From NCBI RefSeq assembly GCF_009914755.1, contig NC_060932.1: a stretch of DNA of 64,000 nucleotides; one strand, written 5' to 3'. A program made the translations under genes and the position numbers. Position 1 is the first letter of the stretch. Each line of letters opens with the position of its first letter. A model generated the notes under the pieces. It made no database searches. It worked only from the letters and a program-made list of their open reading frames with translations, and was not told the origin of the DNA. Of this stretch, positions 39,959 to 53,644 are shown one piece after another. This DNA comes from the human T2T-CHM13v2.0 reference genome, Homo sapiens.

Positions 39959-42306
39959 GCCATTATAAAATAGTTTTTGTGTCACTATGTTTAAGGCACT
40001 TTGGGACACTTCTAGCATAGGGATTATGCGTGTTTTCTAATTCTTCCACATCCTTTTTCTGGATGTTCATTTACCTGGAGTGGTAGAGGGCTCACTTTGC
40101 TAACTGAGATAATAAATCCTGCCACTACAGCATAGCACCTTTCCTGTTTCAGCTGAAAATTGCTCTTCTCTAGAGATTGCTTAGCCCAGTAGATTAGAAA
40201 ATCCTTCACACAATGTCATGATCTAATGAGATTACTCTTTAACCTTCAATTTCCAGTAACATTCCAAATGCTAGTGGACTATTATAACCACAGCATAATA
40301 ATAAAATATGTACTAATGATCTTTCAGTGACAAATGTATTTCAAGTAGGAACCATTAGATAGAATAAGAATTTAGATACATCATTTTGATTAATTCTAAG
40401 CATTTGTGGTTTATCTTTCACATGCATTTCTGCATTTGTGTTTTTATATATCTTTTTTTAAATGAAAAAATCAATATGACAGCATTGTGTTTTCCAAAGA
40501 GTATACAATTACAACCAGTAGTTACATAATAATATCTGTAATGTTTGAGAATGGTAGATGTCAGCCAAAGGGAAAAGGCAATAACTGCCATATTAGCCAA
40601 ATAGGAGCCTCACCTGAATTACCCACATCATCGTTTCTATTCTTGTCTCTGCTTTGAGATAAGGTCTAGCTCTGGAAAAGCATTAAGTTATTTTGTGGCT
40701 GTATTGTAGCAATGTAAATAGGCACATCTTAGCATTTATTAGAACTTCTGTGTCTTCTCCTCCTGTCACCCACATTATTCTCCTTTGTGTTTAATAAAGG
40801 CCTATGGCTAAGGGAAAAGTTATTCATGCAATCTGCTTGGTCACATACTTCCCTGCTGCCTGGCTAGTCTAGAAAAGAGTTTAATTTGCTGATGATTACA
40901 ATTAGAGGGGAATGATCCATTACATTAACTTTAATGAGCTGCAGCAGGTCACTTGGTTATGAATGGTACCATGCAAAGGTTGCAGTTCAGGGTGATATGG
41001 AATCCCTGACAGAATCTTTATGACATTTGTGTGGTGTCCATAACAAAGGAAGGCTTACTAGTTCGTAGTCATAGAAATGGCTGAACTTCACTGCATCTTT
41101 CCATTTGGACAGGCTTTAGTGTTACTATCTAAAATGCTTAATAATTTATAAACAAAGCTTATGTAACTGGCAGTTATGATGCACAGCATTAACTTAGAAG
41201 TGGTCTTTTAGTTGAAGGGATGATAAAGGGTTTCTACATTTATTATATTCCTCTTGCTTGATTTTAAGGGTACATTTAAACTTCAGCCAGTAAATTCAGG
41301 AGCTCTAAAAACCAATTAATGATTTAGTTAAAAAGTCTGCAGCAGCATGTAATAGACCGACTTGTCTCTTTGAGCATGAGCAAGACATTTCTATGTGGAA
41401 ATTTTCATGTTAAGATGTATTAATATTTTAAACAATAGATAGAGGAAATATAAGCCCTTCAAGAAGATGAAATGTTAGAAGGACAAAGTAAGAATATTTA
41501 CTTTATCTTCCATAGAAAAGGGTACTTCTCTGTAATAGTAAGAATTTGGTCCAGTTACATTTTTTTTCAGTTGAGCAATAAGTAAACAGAATATTAAGCT
41601 TTATATAGCATTTAGTAAAATGTAAAAGAACACACTTAAAAGACTTGTTATTTTTCAAGGAGAAGTCTTTTATCTGAAAGAATAAAATAAAAACAAAACC
41701 TCAAAAGCAGGTCTTTTTTTCTCAAAACTAACCTATGATTTAAGAAAGACTTTGGGATTAACTATAGACATTTTTGAACTGGGGAATGAAAAAACTATTT
41801 TCTTTTGCCTAAGTAGAAAATCTCTATATTTTCAAAACATGAATGGGGAAGGCACATCCCAAGGGGAAAAGAAGGAGTTAAAAAAGGAAGATCAGAGTCT
41901 AGAAAGGGAGTCCATTTGGATGTCACTTCAGTGTAGGCACAAATCCCTAACAACCTCCCCATTCAAAAGGATAAACATATCACAGGTGAAGAACGCTCAC
42001 CTAATAATTTCAAGCTCACAGCCATCTTCCCCACCCCATTATCATAAATTGCTAGCTTGGCAAGGGAGACATAAGTAAAGAATTCATTGTTTGAAGCAAG
42101 TCTTTTGACAGAGTTTCTTTCCTGGTTTATATTTATATGTGTGCTCCTGCCCTTATTTGTATTTTTGTCAACAGTTTCATTTTCACTCAGTGTGGTATTT
42201 TACCACCACATGCCCAATTATTTTTCCTCATTCCTGTCTGTCCTTAAAGGAAGAACAGATAACATGGAAGTGCATGGTAAGAAAGTTTGACTAGTTTGAG
42301 CAGAAC

Positions 42307-42953
42307 AGTCAGAGGTGTTCAAACCAGAGTGACTCCATCTTGAATAGGGGCTGGGTAAAATAAGGCTGGGACCTGCTGGGCTGTCTTCCCAGAGGGTTAG
42401 GCATTCTTAGTCACAGGATGAGATAGGAGGTTGGCAGGACTGGTATCACAAGATATAGGTCATAAAGACCCTGTTGATAAAACAGGATGCAGTAAAGAAG
42501 CTGGCTTAAACCTACCAAAGCCAAGATAGTGATGAAAGTGACCTCTAGTCTTCCTCACTGCTCATTATATGCTAATTATAATTAATTAGCATGCTAACAG
42601 ACACTCCCACTGAGCACTTTGACAGTTTACAAATCCCATGACAACATCAGCAAGTTACCCTATGTAGTCTAAAAGGGGGAGAGACTCTGAGTTCCAGGAA
42701 TTTCCTGCCCCATTCCTGGAAAACTCATAAATAATCCAAGTTTTGTTCAGCATATAATTAGAAGTAACCATAAGTATACTCAATTGAGCAGGCCATGTGG
42801 CCTCTCTGCCTATAGAGTAGCCATTTTTTTGTTTCTTTACTTCTCTAATAAACTTGATTTCACTTTACTCTATGGACTTGATCTGAATTCTTTCTTTCAC
42901 GAGGTCCAATAACCCTTTCTTGGGGTCTGGATTGGGATCTCTTTTTGGTAACA
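42307..42953 (+). mobile_element. MER41B-like solo LTR
   Basis: (a)gtcagaggtgttcaaaccagagtgactccatcttgaatagggg...ctttttggtaaca; TSD gaac/ggac. Confidence 0.9.
42692..42721. promoter_or_regulatory. Tandem GAS (STAT) motifs in the MER41B-like LTR
   Basis: TTCCAGGAA (42692-42700) and TTCCTGGAA (42713-42721), both matching TTCN3GAA. Confidence 0.7.
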
Positions 42954-45292
42954 GGACTAGTTTGACTGTACCCTTTAAGATGGCTACAACACTTTAGCCA
43001 GGGCTACTCGTGGGCCAACACTCACATCCTCAAAATTAAGTGTCTAATTGTTCCCACAGTGGTCTAACCTGGGCTGCAATTAACTGCAGGTGCAATCTTT
43101 GCACGTGTAGCTAATAGAAGGACTAAACCACCCCAAACAAGCTGCCTCGGGAGAGTCTCAGGCTATATCCTTAAAGTTCCACAATTATTTGAAGTTGTCT
43201 GCTTTTAAATTAAATACACTATTTAATACTAAATTAGCTTGTCCTTTTTTTTTTTTCATTTGATGTTAGAGTGTATCCACACACTAGAATAGAGCGAACC
43301 TGGACAGGTACATTTTTTCAAAACTCGAATGAAATTTTTGTTAAATAGTTCCTATAAAGAGTAGATGCCACTCTGGTTGTACATCTCAAAGCCTCTCATT
43401 ATCTCTTGGATAGAAAGCCTCATTTCTACAAAGAAGTGGTAAAGAAATAAGGAAAAGATTTTCTCTTGTGGCAAACAGCCATGATTTGGAGACCAGCTAT
43501 CTCAGTCAGGTACCTCTTCCTTGTTGCTATGTAGTTACATAAAGTTTCACAAGTGAAAACAAGGAATCATATAGGTATCTAGCTAACAACTACAGTGTTT
43601 TTGCCCATATGTTTATTTTTCAGAGCCCAATCATATTTTCTAATTTGCATTTAGTAATTTTAGTACTTAGCACAGTGATTTGCACATATTACATACTTAA
43701 CAAGCACCCTTTTAAAAAATGAAATGGAGGATATTGAAATGACGTGGTCACTTGTGAAAGACTACGGGTCATTTATATAGTTAAAACCAAGGATTTTACT
43801 TTTTTCTCATTTATCTCATCCTCCCCACTCCCACGCTCAGTTTCATTTGCGTGGAAAAGGACTGATCTGCAATTTCCATCTCTCTCTGTCATGCATTTCT
43901 CCTAGGAGTGGTAGAATACCTGGGTTGGGTTGGAGTTTATATTGACATGGTGGCCTTTCTGATGAATCTAGCTGGTCAGTGCCATCATATGGCACTATTT
44001 TGAAAGAGTGTAGCATGGAGACAAAGGGAGAGACACAGTGATCCCTCAAGTGCTGGGCTATGGGGGAGGTGTCTGTACAGAGTGCGAGATCAAGACATGG
44101 CCTAATTATTAGCTGGCATTGGCTTTTCTGCTCATGGATCTATTTCATTTCCACTGAAGCTTGTATCAACGGACTTTCAAAGGATTAAGACATGGATATT
44201 TCCCAATTGTTTGACTTTTGACCTTCCTGGATGACCTGTATTTCACTAGGAGGCCACAGGCTAACAGGTCACAGCACAGCATGGATAGGGCAATACAGGT
44301 TAAAACCTAGCTGGGGTCTTATAGCTTCTTAGTGGATCACAAAGTAATGAATAAGGAAACTTGATACAGATCCTGAGGTTAGAGGTCAACAGTCAGGATT
44401 CTCACTTACAACTTTATTAGGTAATCATCTATTAAAGGCTTTATTAAGTAGGCACCCATTATTCCTACAACTCACAGAAACTAGAGAAAGAACAGTCTTT
44501 GACTTTGGAACTGTTGCCATTGATGGTTTCAACAGGACTGTCACAATATTCAAGAGGAGTAACACAGACTTTTTTTTTTACAGTTCCCAAATCTCTGAAA
44601 AGCATTTAAGTAGTTGTGATTACTTTTAAGTCTTCTTGAGAAAATGAATATCTTTAAAAATATAATGTCAAGTTAGGATAATAACATGGACATAGCTAAC
44701 GCCATATTTTTTATAAGAATCCTCTTTTCTCATTTATTTCAAGGAGAAAATCAGTATCCTTTTTATGGTGAGTGTCTTACTTCTCCTTGAAAAATCACAT
44801 TACATACGTAACAGAAAACTTTGTAGTATTAACAGACATTCCCAAGAAATTCAGTGCCTTCACAGATGCATTATTGTGCATTCCGTGCATACGTTTCAAA
44901 TCTGACACCAGCTTAACCTAATAAAAACCCAGATGTTAAAATGTCTTATTCCTACAAATTTTATGAGCTCTGGGTTCCAATTCTGGCTTGCTATGATTGG
45001 ACAAGTAATTTTATTAGAAGGATTTTTTATGTTTATTGATAGAAGAACCTCTAAGGAATTTTGCTTCTGTATCTATGAGATGCACGTTCATAGGCTGATA
45101 GTTCCTAAAGGGCTAACTGGAATTGTTTAAACCATTATGTCCTATTGTAGTTTATTTACACATACTTTTCTCAGTTTGAATATACCTTTGGAAACTAGAG
45201 ATGATCATTATTAGTATCTGAACAATGATTAAAATTGCTTTCTTTCTCCAGTGATAGATTGGTAGCTCATATAGTTTGGGATTATTTACTTA

Positions 45293-45469
<177 letters not shown>

Positions 45470-45715
45470 TCAGTTATGCCAGTTTTATTTTAGTAATATT
45501 ATCCTTATGTCATATTTTGGAAAAAAATTATGATATTTAAAACAAGGTTATACTTTTCAACTGGCTATTGTGTGCCCATATTTCAAACTTTAGCTCTGGC
45601 GATGTAGTGGAGGCTGAGATACGCTGCCTGTATTCCCCTTCAGGAACAAGACACTCATTCCTTCAGCTGCAGGGAATGTTGACTGCTGAGGGCTCATAGC
45701 TGAGTCCCTTCCCAG

Positions 45716-47385
45716 TGAGAGGTGACAGCGTGCTGGCAGCCCTCACAGCCCTCGCTTTCAGCACCTCCTCAGCCTCAGCGCCCATTCTGGCTGTGCTTGA
45801 GGAGCCCTTCATCCTGCCACTGCACTGTGGGAGCCCCTTTCTGGGCTGGCCGAGGCCAGAGACAGCTCCCTCAGCTTGCAGGGGGGTGTGGAGGGAGAGG
45901 GGCGGGCAGGAACCGGGGCTGCACCCGGCGCGAGTTCCAGGTGGGTGTGGACTCAGTGGGCCCTGCACTTGTAGGGGCCGGCCGGTGCTGCCAGACCCGG
46001 GCAGTGAGGGGCTTAGCACCCGGGCCAGCATCTGCGGAGGGTGCACGGGGTCCCCCAGCAGTGCTGGCCCACCAGCACTGTGCTTGAATTCTCGCCAGGC
46101 CTCAGCTCCCTATCAGGGCAGGGCTCAGGACCTACAGCCCACCATGCCCGAGCCTTTCCCCACCCACCGTGGGCTCCTGCGTGGCCGGAGCCTCCCTGAT
46201 GAGTGCTGCCCCCTGCTTCGCAGTGCCTGGTCCCATCGACTGCCCAAGAGCTGAGGAGTGTGGGCGCAGGGCATGGGACTGGTGGGGAGCTCCCGGCCTG
46301 TGGCCCAAGTGCAGGATCGACTAGGTAAAGCCACCTGGGCTCCTGAGTCTGGTGGGCTGGGGACTTGGAGAATCTTTATGTCTAGCTAAGGGATTGTAGA
46401 TACACCAATCAGCACTCAGTGTCTAGCCTGGGGTTTGTGAATGCACCAATCAGCACTCTGTATCCAGCTAATCTGGTGGGGATTTGGAGAACCTTTATGT
46501 CTAGCTAAAGGATTGTAAATGCACCAATCAGCACTCTGTGTCTAGCTCAAGGTTTGTAAACACACCAATCAGCACCCTGAGTCTAGCTCAAGGTTTGTAA
46601 ATGCACCAATCAGCACTCTGTATCTAGCTAATCTGGTGGGGACTTGGAGAACATTTATGTCTAGCTAAGGGATTGTAAATGCATCAATCAGCACTCTGTG
46701 TCTAGCTTGAGGTTTGTGAACACACCAATCAGCACCCTGTGTCTAGCTCAAGGTTTGTGAATGCACCAATCAGTGCTCTGTGTCTAGCTAATCTAGTGGG
46801 GACTTGGAGAACTTTTGTGTTTAGCTCAGGGATTGTAAACGCACCAATCAGCACCCTGTCAAAATGGGCCAATCAGCTCTCTGTAAGACCAATCAGCTTG
46901 CTGTAAAATGGACCAATCAGCAGGATGTGGGTGGGGCCAGATAAGGGGATAAAAGCAGGCTGCCCCAGCCAGCAGTGGCAACCCGGTGGGGTCCCCTTCC
47001 ACGTTGTGGAAGTTTTGTTCTTTTGCTCTTTGCAATAAATCTTGCTGCTGCTCACTCTTTGGGTCCACACTGCCTTTATGAGCTGTAAAACTCACCACGA
47101 AGGTTTGCAGCTTCACTCTTGAAGCCAGTGATACCAGGAACCCACCGGGAGGAATGAACAACTCCGCCTTAAGAGCTGTAACACTCACTGTGAAGATCTG
47201 CAGCTTCACTCCTGAAGCCAGCAAGACCAGGAACCCACCAGAAGGAAGAAACTCTGCACACCTCCAAACATCAGAAGGAACAAACTCCGGACATGCCACC
47301 TTTAAGAACTGTAACACTCACCGCGAGGGTCCACAGCTTCATTCTTGAAGTCAGTGAGACCGAGAACCCACCAATTCCGAACACA
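45716..47385 (+). mobile_element. LTR12C (ERV-9) solo LTR
   Basis: TGAGAGGTGACAGCGTGCTGGCAG...ccaattccgaacaca; perfect TSD CCAG; tandem caccaatcagcac repeats. Confidence 0.95.
46360..46960 (+). promoter_or_regulatory. LTR12 enhancer/promoter repeat array (CCAAT/NF-Y boxes, TATA-like GATAAAA)
   Basis: About 11 CCAAT boxes in ~40-bp subrepeats, followed by gataaggggataaaagc; AATAAA near 47034. Confidence 0.75.
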
Positions 47386-47796
47386 CCAGCAGGCTATCTC
47401 TGCCAAAGGGAGCTGCCTTCCCCAAGGTTACAACCTCTCTCTAGGGGCAGCACACATTTAGTGAGTGGGTGATGCAGGGGTAAAATGGTATGACTCCTCT
47501 GGCTTAGTAGGGGACAAATTGGAAGGCCTATCCAGTTCTAGAGTTACTCAGAAGATTGGCTGAGATCTTGGCTACAAATGCTTTTCTATTCAACTTCTCC
47601 CTCGATTAAAATTCTGCTTTCTTCAGTTCCTTGGCAGTTCTGAGAGTACTCTCCAATAAAATACTGGCATTTCAATGATTAACTCAGGCTCTTTTCAAGG
47701 AACTCAGAAAAACATAGGAATATAAAGTCCAAGAGAGTACACTAGAAATAAGATGCTTCCTGAAACTTTCTTTTTTTGCAAACACTGCTCTTTTAC

Positions 47797-47800
<4 letters not shown>

Positions 47801-47838
<38 letters not shown>
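47801..47838. repeat. (TG)19 microsatellite
   Basis: Uninterrupted TG run. Confidence 0.97.
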
Positions 47839-47842
<4 letters not shown>

Positions 47843-49444
47843 AAAGTCTGTACTTTAGATTCTGCAGATGGAGTACTTTAGTAGAACTTCTGTTAATACA
47901 TTCCTAAATCTTTTAGTGTGAAGCCAAGCACCAAATACTAATTCTACTAGGCTATTGCTAGGCCATGAGATTATTGCCCAGAACAGACTCAGGAACAGCA
48001 TGTGTTGAGAGTTGAGGAGTTAATAGGGAAGACCATCTTAGTGAGCACACCGTACACCATCTGCAAGACTTCATGTCTCAGAATGCAAGTGACCAGGTGA
48101 CTGCACTCTCTAAACACAAAAGGAAATGTTTCAAAAGTCAGGCGCCAAGAATGATTTGTTTTGCACTTAGTAAATCCCTTACAAAGCAGCTAGATATATG
48201 GATTGATCTCCTGGAAGGTTTGCCTCTCTGTCATGCATACACGAATATATGACCCTGGGGGATTCTTCCATTTCATGGGAAGATAAATGGTATAGGGTAT
48301 AATCAAAGCTTGGCATTTACATGGTCTTGGGAGATAATTTAGGGTCTTCTGTATGGCAGCTTCAGGGATGTTATAAAGAGGTTATGAGGCAGAAATATGA
48401 AAAAGAGGTAGACAGAGGACAGGGAGAGTAATATGAAGGAATCATGTTCTAGTTTTATTCCACATTGACTCTCTGATTACATCATTCGTTCATTCTTCCA
48501 TCCATCCATCCATCCATCCAGTTATTCAATATATGCTTGGCTGGGCTAGAAATATTGGATGTTCAGACTGGCACTCGTTTATAGGAGCAGGTGCTGAAAG
48601 TGCCTAGTTTCAAAATCTGACTGGCTCAACTTAACAAAAGACAAGATGTCTGAGTCTCTTATTCCTACAAACTTCTATCATGCCTCAATAAGATATTGAA
48701 ATGATAGAGATAAAATATTCATTTTGTGACAACTTGTGATGCCCTGGCAAGCTATTTTGAAGGGGATACTTGACTTAGAGTGGGCACTTAGTCAAGCAAT
48801 ATGGCACAGCAAGCAAGAGAACTCAAGGAGAGTAGTTTTCTAGATTCCGAACTGTGAGAGACTTACAGATTCAAGTATTGCTTGGGAATTTCCCACCTGT
48901 GAACAACTAAAGTGGTGTTCAAACAAAACAGGTATTACATTTACCCCAAATTAGGAGACATTATGGCTTATTTTGTTGCCCAACCTTCACTGTCCTTTCA
49001 TTGTTATCCTTCAGATTCATTTCCACAGTGGTAGTGGTGGTAGGAAAGCTCTAGAAGACCAAGAAACTTTGTCATTGATTATATCCAATGTCTGCACTGT
49101 TTTACACAATGTGCATAGAGTGGTGAACAAACAAATTAGATAAGGTTCCTCTCTCAAGTGGAGATGACATGTTACTTAAGAAAATTAGGTGGAACAAGAC
49201 CACAAGCCAGTGTATAGCTATATACTCATTGTTCTGTAGCGTTTGTGTTAGATTTTGTGTGGGCAGGAATGTTTTGACTACCTAAGGTAGTGTTTGGTAG
49301 TGTCAGGGTATTGCATTTTTGTCAGGGTAATGTAGTAGCTTTATGTTACCTGTGAGGTGCATGACTGATGTTTGCATTTCTGTGTTCTAATTATAGAAAG
49401 AGTAATGTATATGGACTTCTTAAGTTTGAAGTTCAAAAGAGTAG

Positions 49445-49758
<314 letters not shown>

Positions 49759-52170
49759 AGTATATGCTCAATTTCAAACCAGAGACTTGGAGGAGCAAAG
49801 GTCAAGAAATTATCTTTTTCTATGCGGTAGGTGTCTTATCCCTTTGTGTATCATGAACATCAGGTGGGAAGTCACCTGAAGACTATAGGGACATGGACTA
49901 CAGGCCATGGGTAATTTAATTGTCAACAAATACTCATGGGAATAGACTTCTTGGCATATTCTGGAAGAAGCAGCATTTCTGTTGGTGTTTTAGGAACTGC
50001 CAACAAATCATATCTCTACAAGAAGCCTAGTTTCTACCAGTTAACTTTAACTGGAGGAGTCATCAACACCTGAGAAATTTATCAAATGACTTGGCCTTGC
50101 AGAATTCTGCAAGCTCCTTAACAGGCAAGGGTATTTCAAAGGGCAAGGCAAGTTCCATTTTTGGAAATTGCCCTTGGATTGGAGAGAGGTAATTGGAGTT
50201 TAAATGCCTACAGCAATCTTCCAAGACACAGGTGCTATTTTTGATAGCACTATGGAACTGTACAAAACTATACAAACAACATTATGACTCTGCACTTTAG
50301 GCACCAATATTTTAAACATATTTAAATTTCCTCTATGCAAGAGTTAATTTATTCTATTCACCACCTGCCTATCACTTATACCTGCACTTTAGGAGACTTG
50401 TATAAAGTGGTGTATAGGTTTATAAAGCCTTATTAAAATACTGTATATTATTGGTTTCAGAATACAATCTCTGGGGAACCTTGGTTTATCAGCTTTTGAC
50501 TTACATGAGACAGTGCATGCTATTTAAGCAGTCAATTTGTATTCTTTGAAGAGGATGATTTTTGACTTTGATGGCCTGACATATAAATAGGAAGAGGTAT
50601 TATTATTAATCCATAAGGATTCTTCTCTCTGATTGCGTTCAATAATGTTCCATGAAATTAACCCTAGTGCTCTGTGGAGAAAACTGAAAGAAGTAGACTG
50701 GTAAGATCATATGATACGAAGCTAATCACTGATCTTCTTTGGTAACCAGTTAGACTCAAAAGAGATGATATCATAAGAAATGGAAGGACATCTGGTAACC
50801 AAAAATCTAACATTAGCCACTCTTTAGGAGAGTGACTCAATTTAACTGATAAACCAAGGAGTCAGCTTGGATTTATCCACTTAGTTTTTTCTTTGGATCA
50901 ATGTTACTTTTAGGAAACGAATGACAGCTAGCACACATAAAAATCCTAAGAAAAACCTAAATAATCTTCTTGCAAAGATGTGTGATATTTTTATATTGTA
51001 ATTCAGTTCTTTAGATTTTAATTGTTTTTAGAAACTACTCAAAGAATGATCAATAAAGGGATACCTTAAAAGGAATACTAAATTGGATTGGGAACCAAAT
51101 AGGCATTTTTTTGAGAGACCCTTACAAAATCTCAGTTATTATTGGAATTTTATCTTCCCCAAGGTGACCCCTTAAGTTAGTTTATTTGTTTGTTTATTTA
51201 TTTATTTTGAGACTGGGTCTTGCTCTGTCACCCAGGCTGGAGTGCAATCACGGCTTATTGCAGCCTCAACTTCCTGGGCTCAAGTGATCCTCCCATCTCA
51301 GCTTTTGTATTAGATTGTTTTCATGCTGCTGATAAAGGCACACCTGAGACTGGGAAGAAACTGAGGTTTAATTGGACTTACAGTTCCACATGGCTGGGGA
51401 GTCCTTAGAATCATGGCAGGAAGCAAAATGCACTTCTTACATGGCGGCAGCAAGAGAAAATAAGGAAGATGCAAAAGTGGAAATCCCTGATAAAATCATC
51501 AGATCTTGTGAGATTTATTCACTACCATGAGAACAGTATGGGAGAAACCACCCCCATGATTCAAATTATCCCCTCCAGGTCCCTCCTACAACAAGTGGGA
51601 ATTATGGGAATTTTGGGAGTATAATTCAAGATGAGATTTGCGTGGGGACACAGCCTGTTGGGAACAAGCCCCCCAAAATCTGGCCATAAACTGTCCCCAA
51701 AACTGGCCATAAACAAAATCTCTGCAGCACTGTGACGTGTTTATGATGGCCATAAAGCCCACGCTGGAAGGTTGTGGGTTTATGGGAATGAGGGCAAGGA
51801 ACATCTGGCCTGCCCAGGGTGGAAAACTGCTTAAAGGCATTCTTAAGCCACAGTCAATAGCATGAGTGATCTGTGCCTTAAGGACATGTCCCTACTGCAG
51901 TTAACTAGCCCAAGCTATTCATTTAATTTGGCCCATTCCTTCATTTCCCATAAGGGATACTTTTAGTTAATTTAATATCTATAGAAAAAATGCTAATGAC
52001 TAGCTTGCTGTTAATAAATACGTGGGTAAATCTCTGTTTGGGGCTGTCAGCTCTGAAGGCTGTGAGGCCCCTGATTTCCCACTTTACACCTCTATATTTC
52101 TGTGTGTGTGTCTTTAATTCCTCCAGCACCACTGGGTTAGGATCTCTCCAACCGAGCTGGTCTTGGCAAG

Positions 52171-52188
52171 TGGCGTCCATCGTGGGGG
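52171..52188 (+). promoter_or_regulatory. Primer-binding site, closest to tRNA-Lys(CUU)
   Basis: TGGCGTCCATCGTGGGGG versus TGGCGCCCAACGTGGGGC (15/18). Confidence 0.65.
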
Positions 52189-52318
52189 CTCAAATCCAGG
52201 TCGAAGGGTCACCGGATTGATGGTTGGAGAATGTGGAACTAGCTGGAAGACACACGAGTACTCTTAAAGCAATCCCCATGGTGAGTAAGAAGGGGAGCTC
52301 GGAAGCATCAGGGTAACA

Positions 52319-53644
52319 ATGGGTCAAGTGTGGGGTGTGGTTCGTTCCATCTTGGAACTTTTTCACACTGATGATGAGGAAGAAGGAGAGTACAGTGAAG
52401 TAACAGAAGAGGTTACAGAGCATGTTTATTTGCCAGCTAAAGCTAAAGCGGCAAAGGAGGGAGAGGTTCATCCCTACCCTTCTTCACCCCCTCATTATTA
52501 TTTTGAAGAAAAAGACCCTCCAGATCTTTCTTTTCTGGAGGACACTGGGCCAAAAGTAGTTGCCCCAGTGACTGTTCCAGCAGCACCTCGAGCAACCGCT
52601 CTTAGTTCTATTCAGGCGGGAATTCAGCAAGCTAGACGAGGGGTGATTTAGAGGCTTGGCAGTTCCCTGTTAAAATACACCCCCCAGATCAACAGGGAAA
52701 TATTATAGCTACATTTGAGCCTTTTCCTTTTAAATTACTCAAAGAATTTAAACAAGCTATAAATCAGTATGGACCAGGTTCTTCTTTTGTAATGGGACTG
52801 TTAAAGAATGTTGCTGTGTCCAGTTGGATGGTTCCTACTGACTGGGATGCTCTTACTCGAACTTGTCTAACTCCTGCTCAGTTCTTACAATTTAAAACTT
52901 GGCGTGCAGATGAAGCTTCCATTCAGGCTGCTTACAACACCCAGGCCCAAACTCAAATTAATATAACTGCAGACCAACTTTTGGGGGTTGGCAGCTGGGC
53001 CGGTTTAGATGCACGACTGGTCATGCAGGATGATGCCATAGAACAGCTTAGAGGAGTGTGCATTAGAGCTTGGGAAAAAATCACTTCAGGTGGGGAACAA
53101 TACCCTTCCTTTAGTGCTATGAAACAGGGACCAAGAGAACCACATGTTGATTTTATAGCTCTTAAAAAGGTGATTGCAGGAGTCTCTTAAAAAGTTGATT
53201 GCAGATTTGGCTGCTCAGGATATAGTGTTGCAGTTATTAGCTTTCGACAATGCTAATCCTGATTGCCAGGCTGCTCTGCAACCTGTCACAGGGAAAGCAC
53301 ATTTAGTTGATTATATCAAGGCCTGTGATGGTATCGGAAGTAATCTGCATAAAGCTACTCTCCTAGCACAGGCCATGGCAGGACTGAGAGTGGATAAAGG
53401 AAATACTCCATTTCCTGGAGCTTGTTTTAACTGTGGAAAGCATGGTCATACTAAAAGAGAATGTAGAAAAAATCAGCGAGTCAGGCTGCCAGATAGGGGA
53501 AAAAAGAAAATTGCTGAGCTTGAAATATGTCCAAAATGTAAAAAAGGAAAACATTGGGCTAATCAGTGTCACTCTAAGTTTGATAAAGAAGGAAACCCAA
53601 TTTTGGGAAAAGCCATGAGGGGCCCATCCGGGGCCCCGTTCTAA
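52319..53644 (+). pseudogene. gag: HML-3 gag, frameshifted
   Basis: MGQVWG start; MHR-like KQGPREPHVDFI; two CCHC knuckles CFNCGKHGHTKREC and CPKCKKGKHWANQC. Confidence 0.93.

Larger units (their letters stand above)
45603..47705 (+). mobile_element. LTR16-like ERVL LTR split by LTR12C (45603-45715, 47386-~47705)
   Basis: tgtagtggaggctg...cagctgcagggaatgttg; resumes ggagctgccttccccaaggtta...gagtactctccaataaa. Confidence 0.65.

Noticed and set aside
42289-42965. gactagtttga repeated on both sides of the MER41 LTR
   Set aside because: Not flush with the left LTR end, so not the TSD; probably a pre-existing short local repeat.
41650-44795. Perfect 17-bp inverted match atttttcaaggagaagt (41650-41666) / acttctccttgaaaaat (44779-44795)
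   Set aside because: About one such match is plausible by chance in 64 kb of AT-rich DNA; there is no TSD or transposon body between them.
46360-46925. Regularly spaced repeats resembling a CRISPR array
   Set aside because: These are the internal tandem enhancer repeats of LTR12. The spacers are themselves repeated, there are no cas genes, and the context is eukaryotic.
45663-47348. Several 120-180 aa GC-rich ORFs
   Set aside because: They lie wholly within LTR12C and overlap on both strands, as expected for GC-rich LTR sequence; no recognisable domain.
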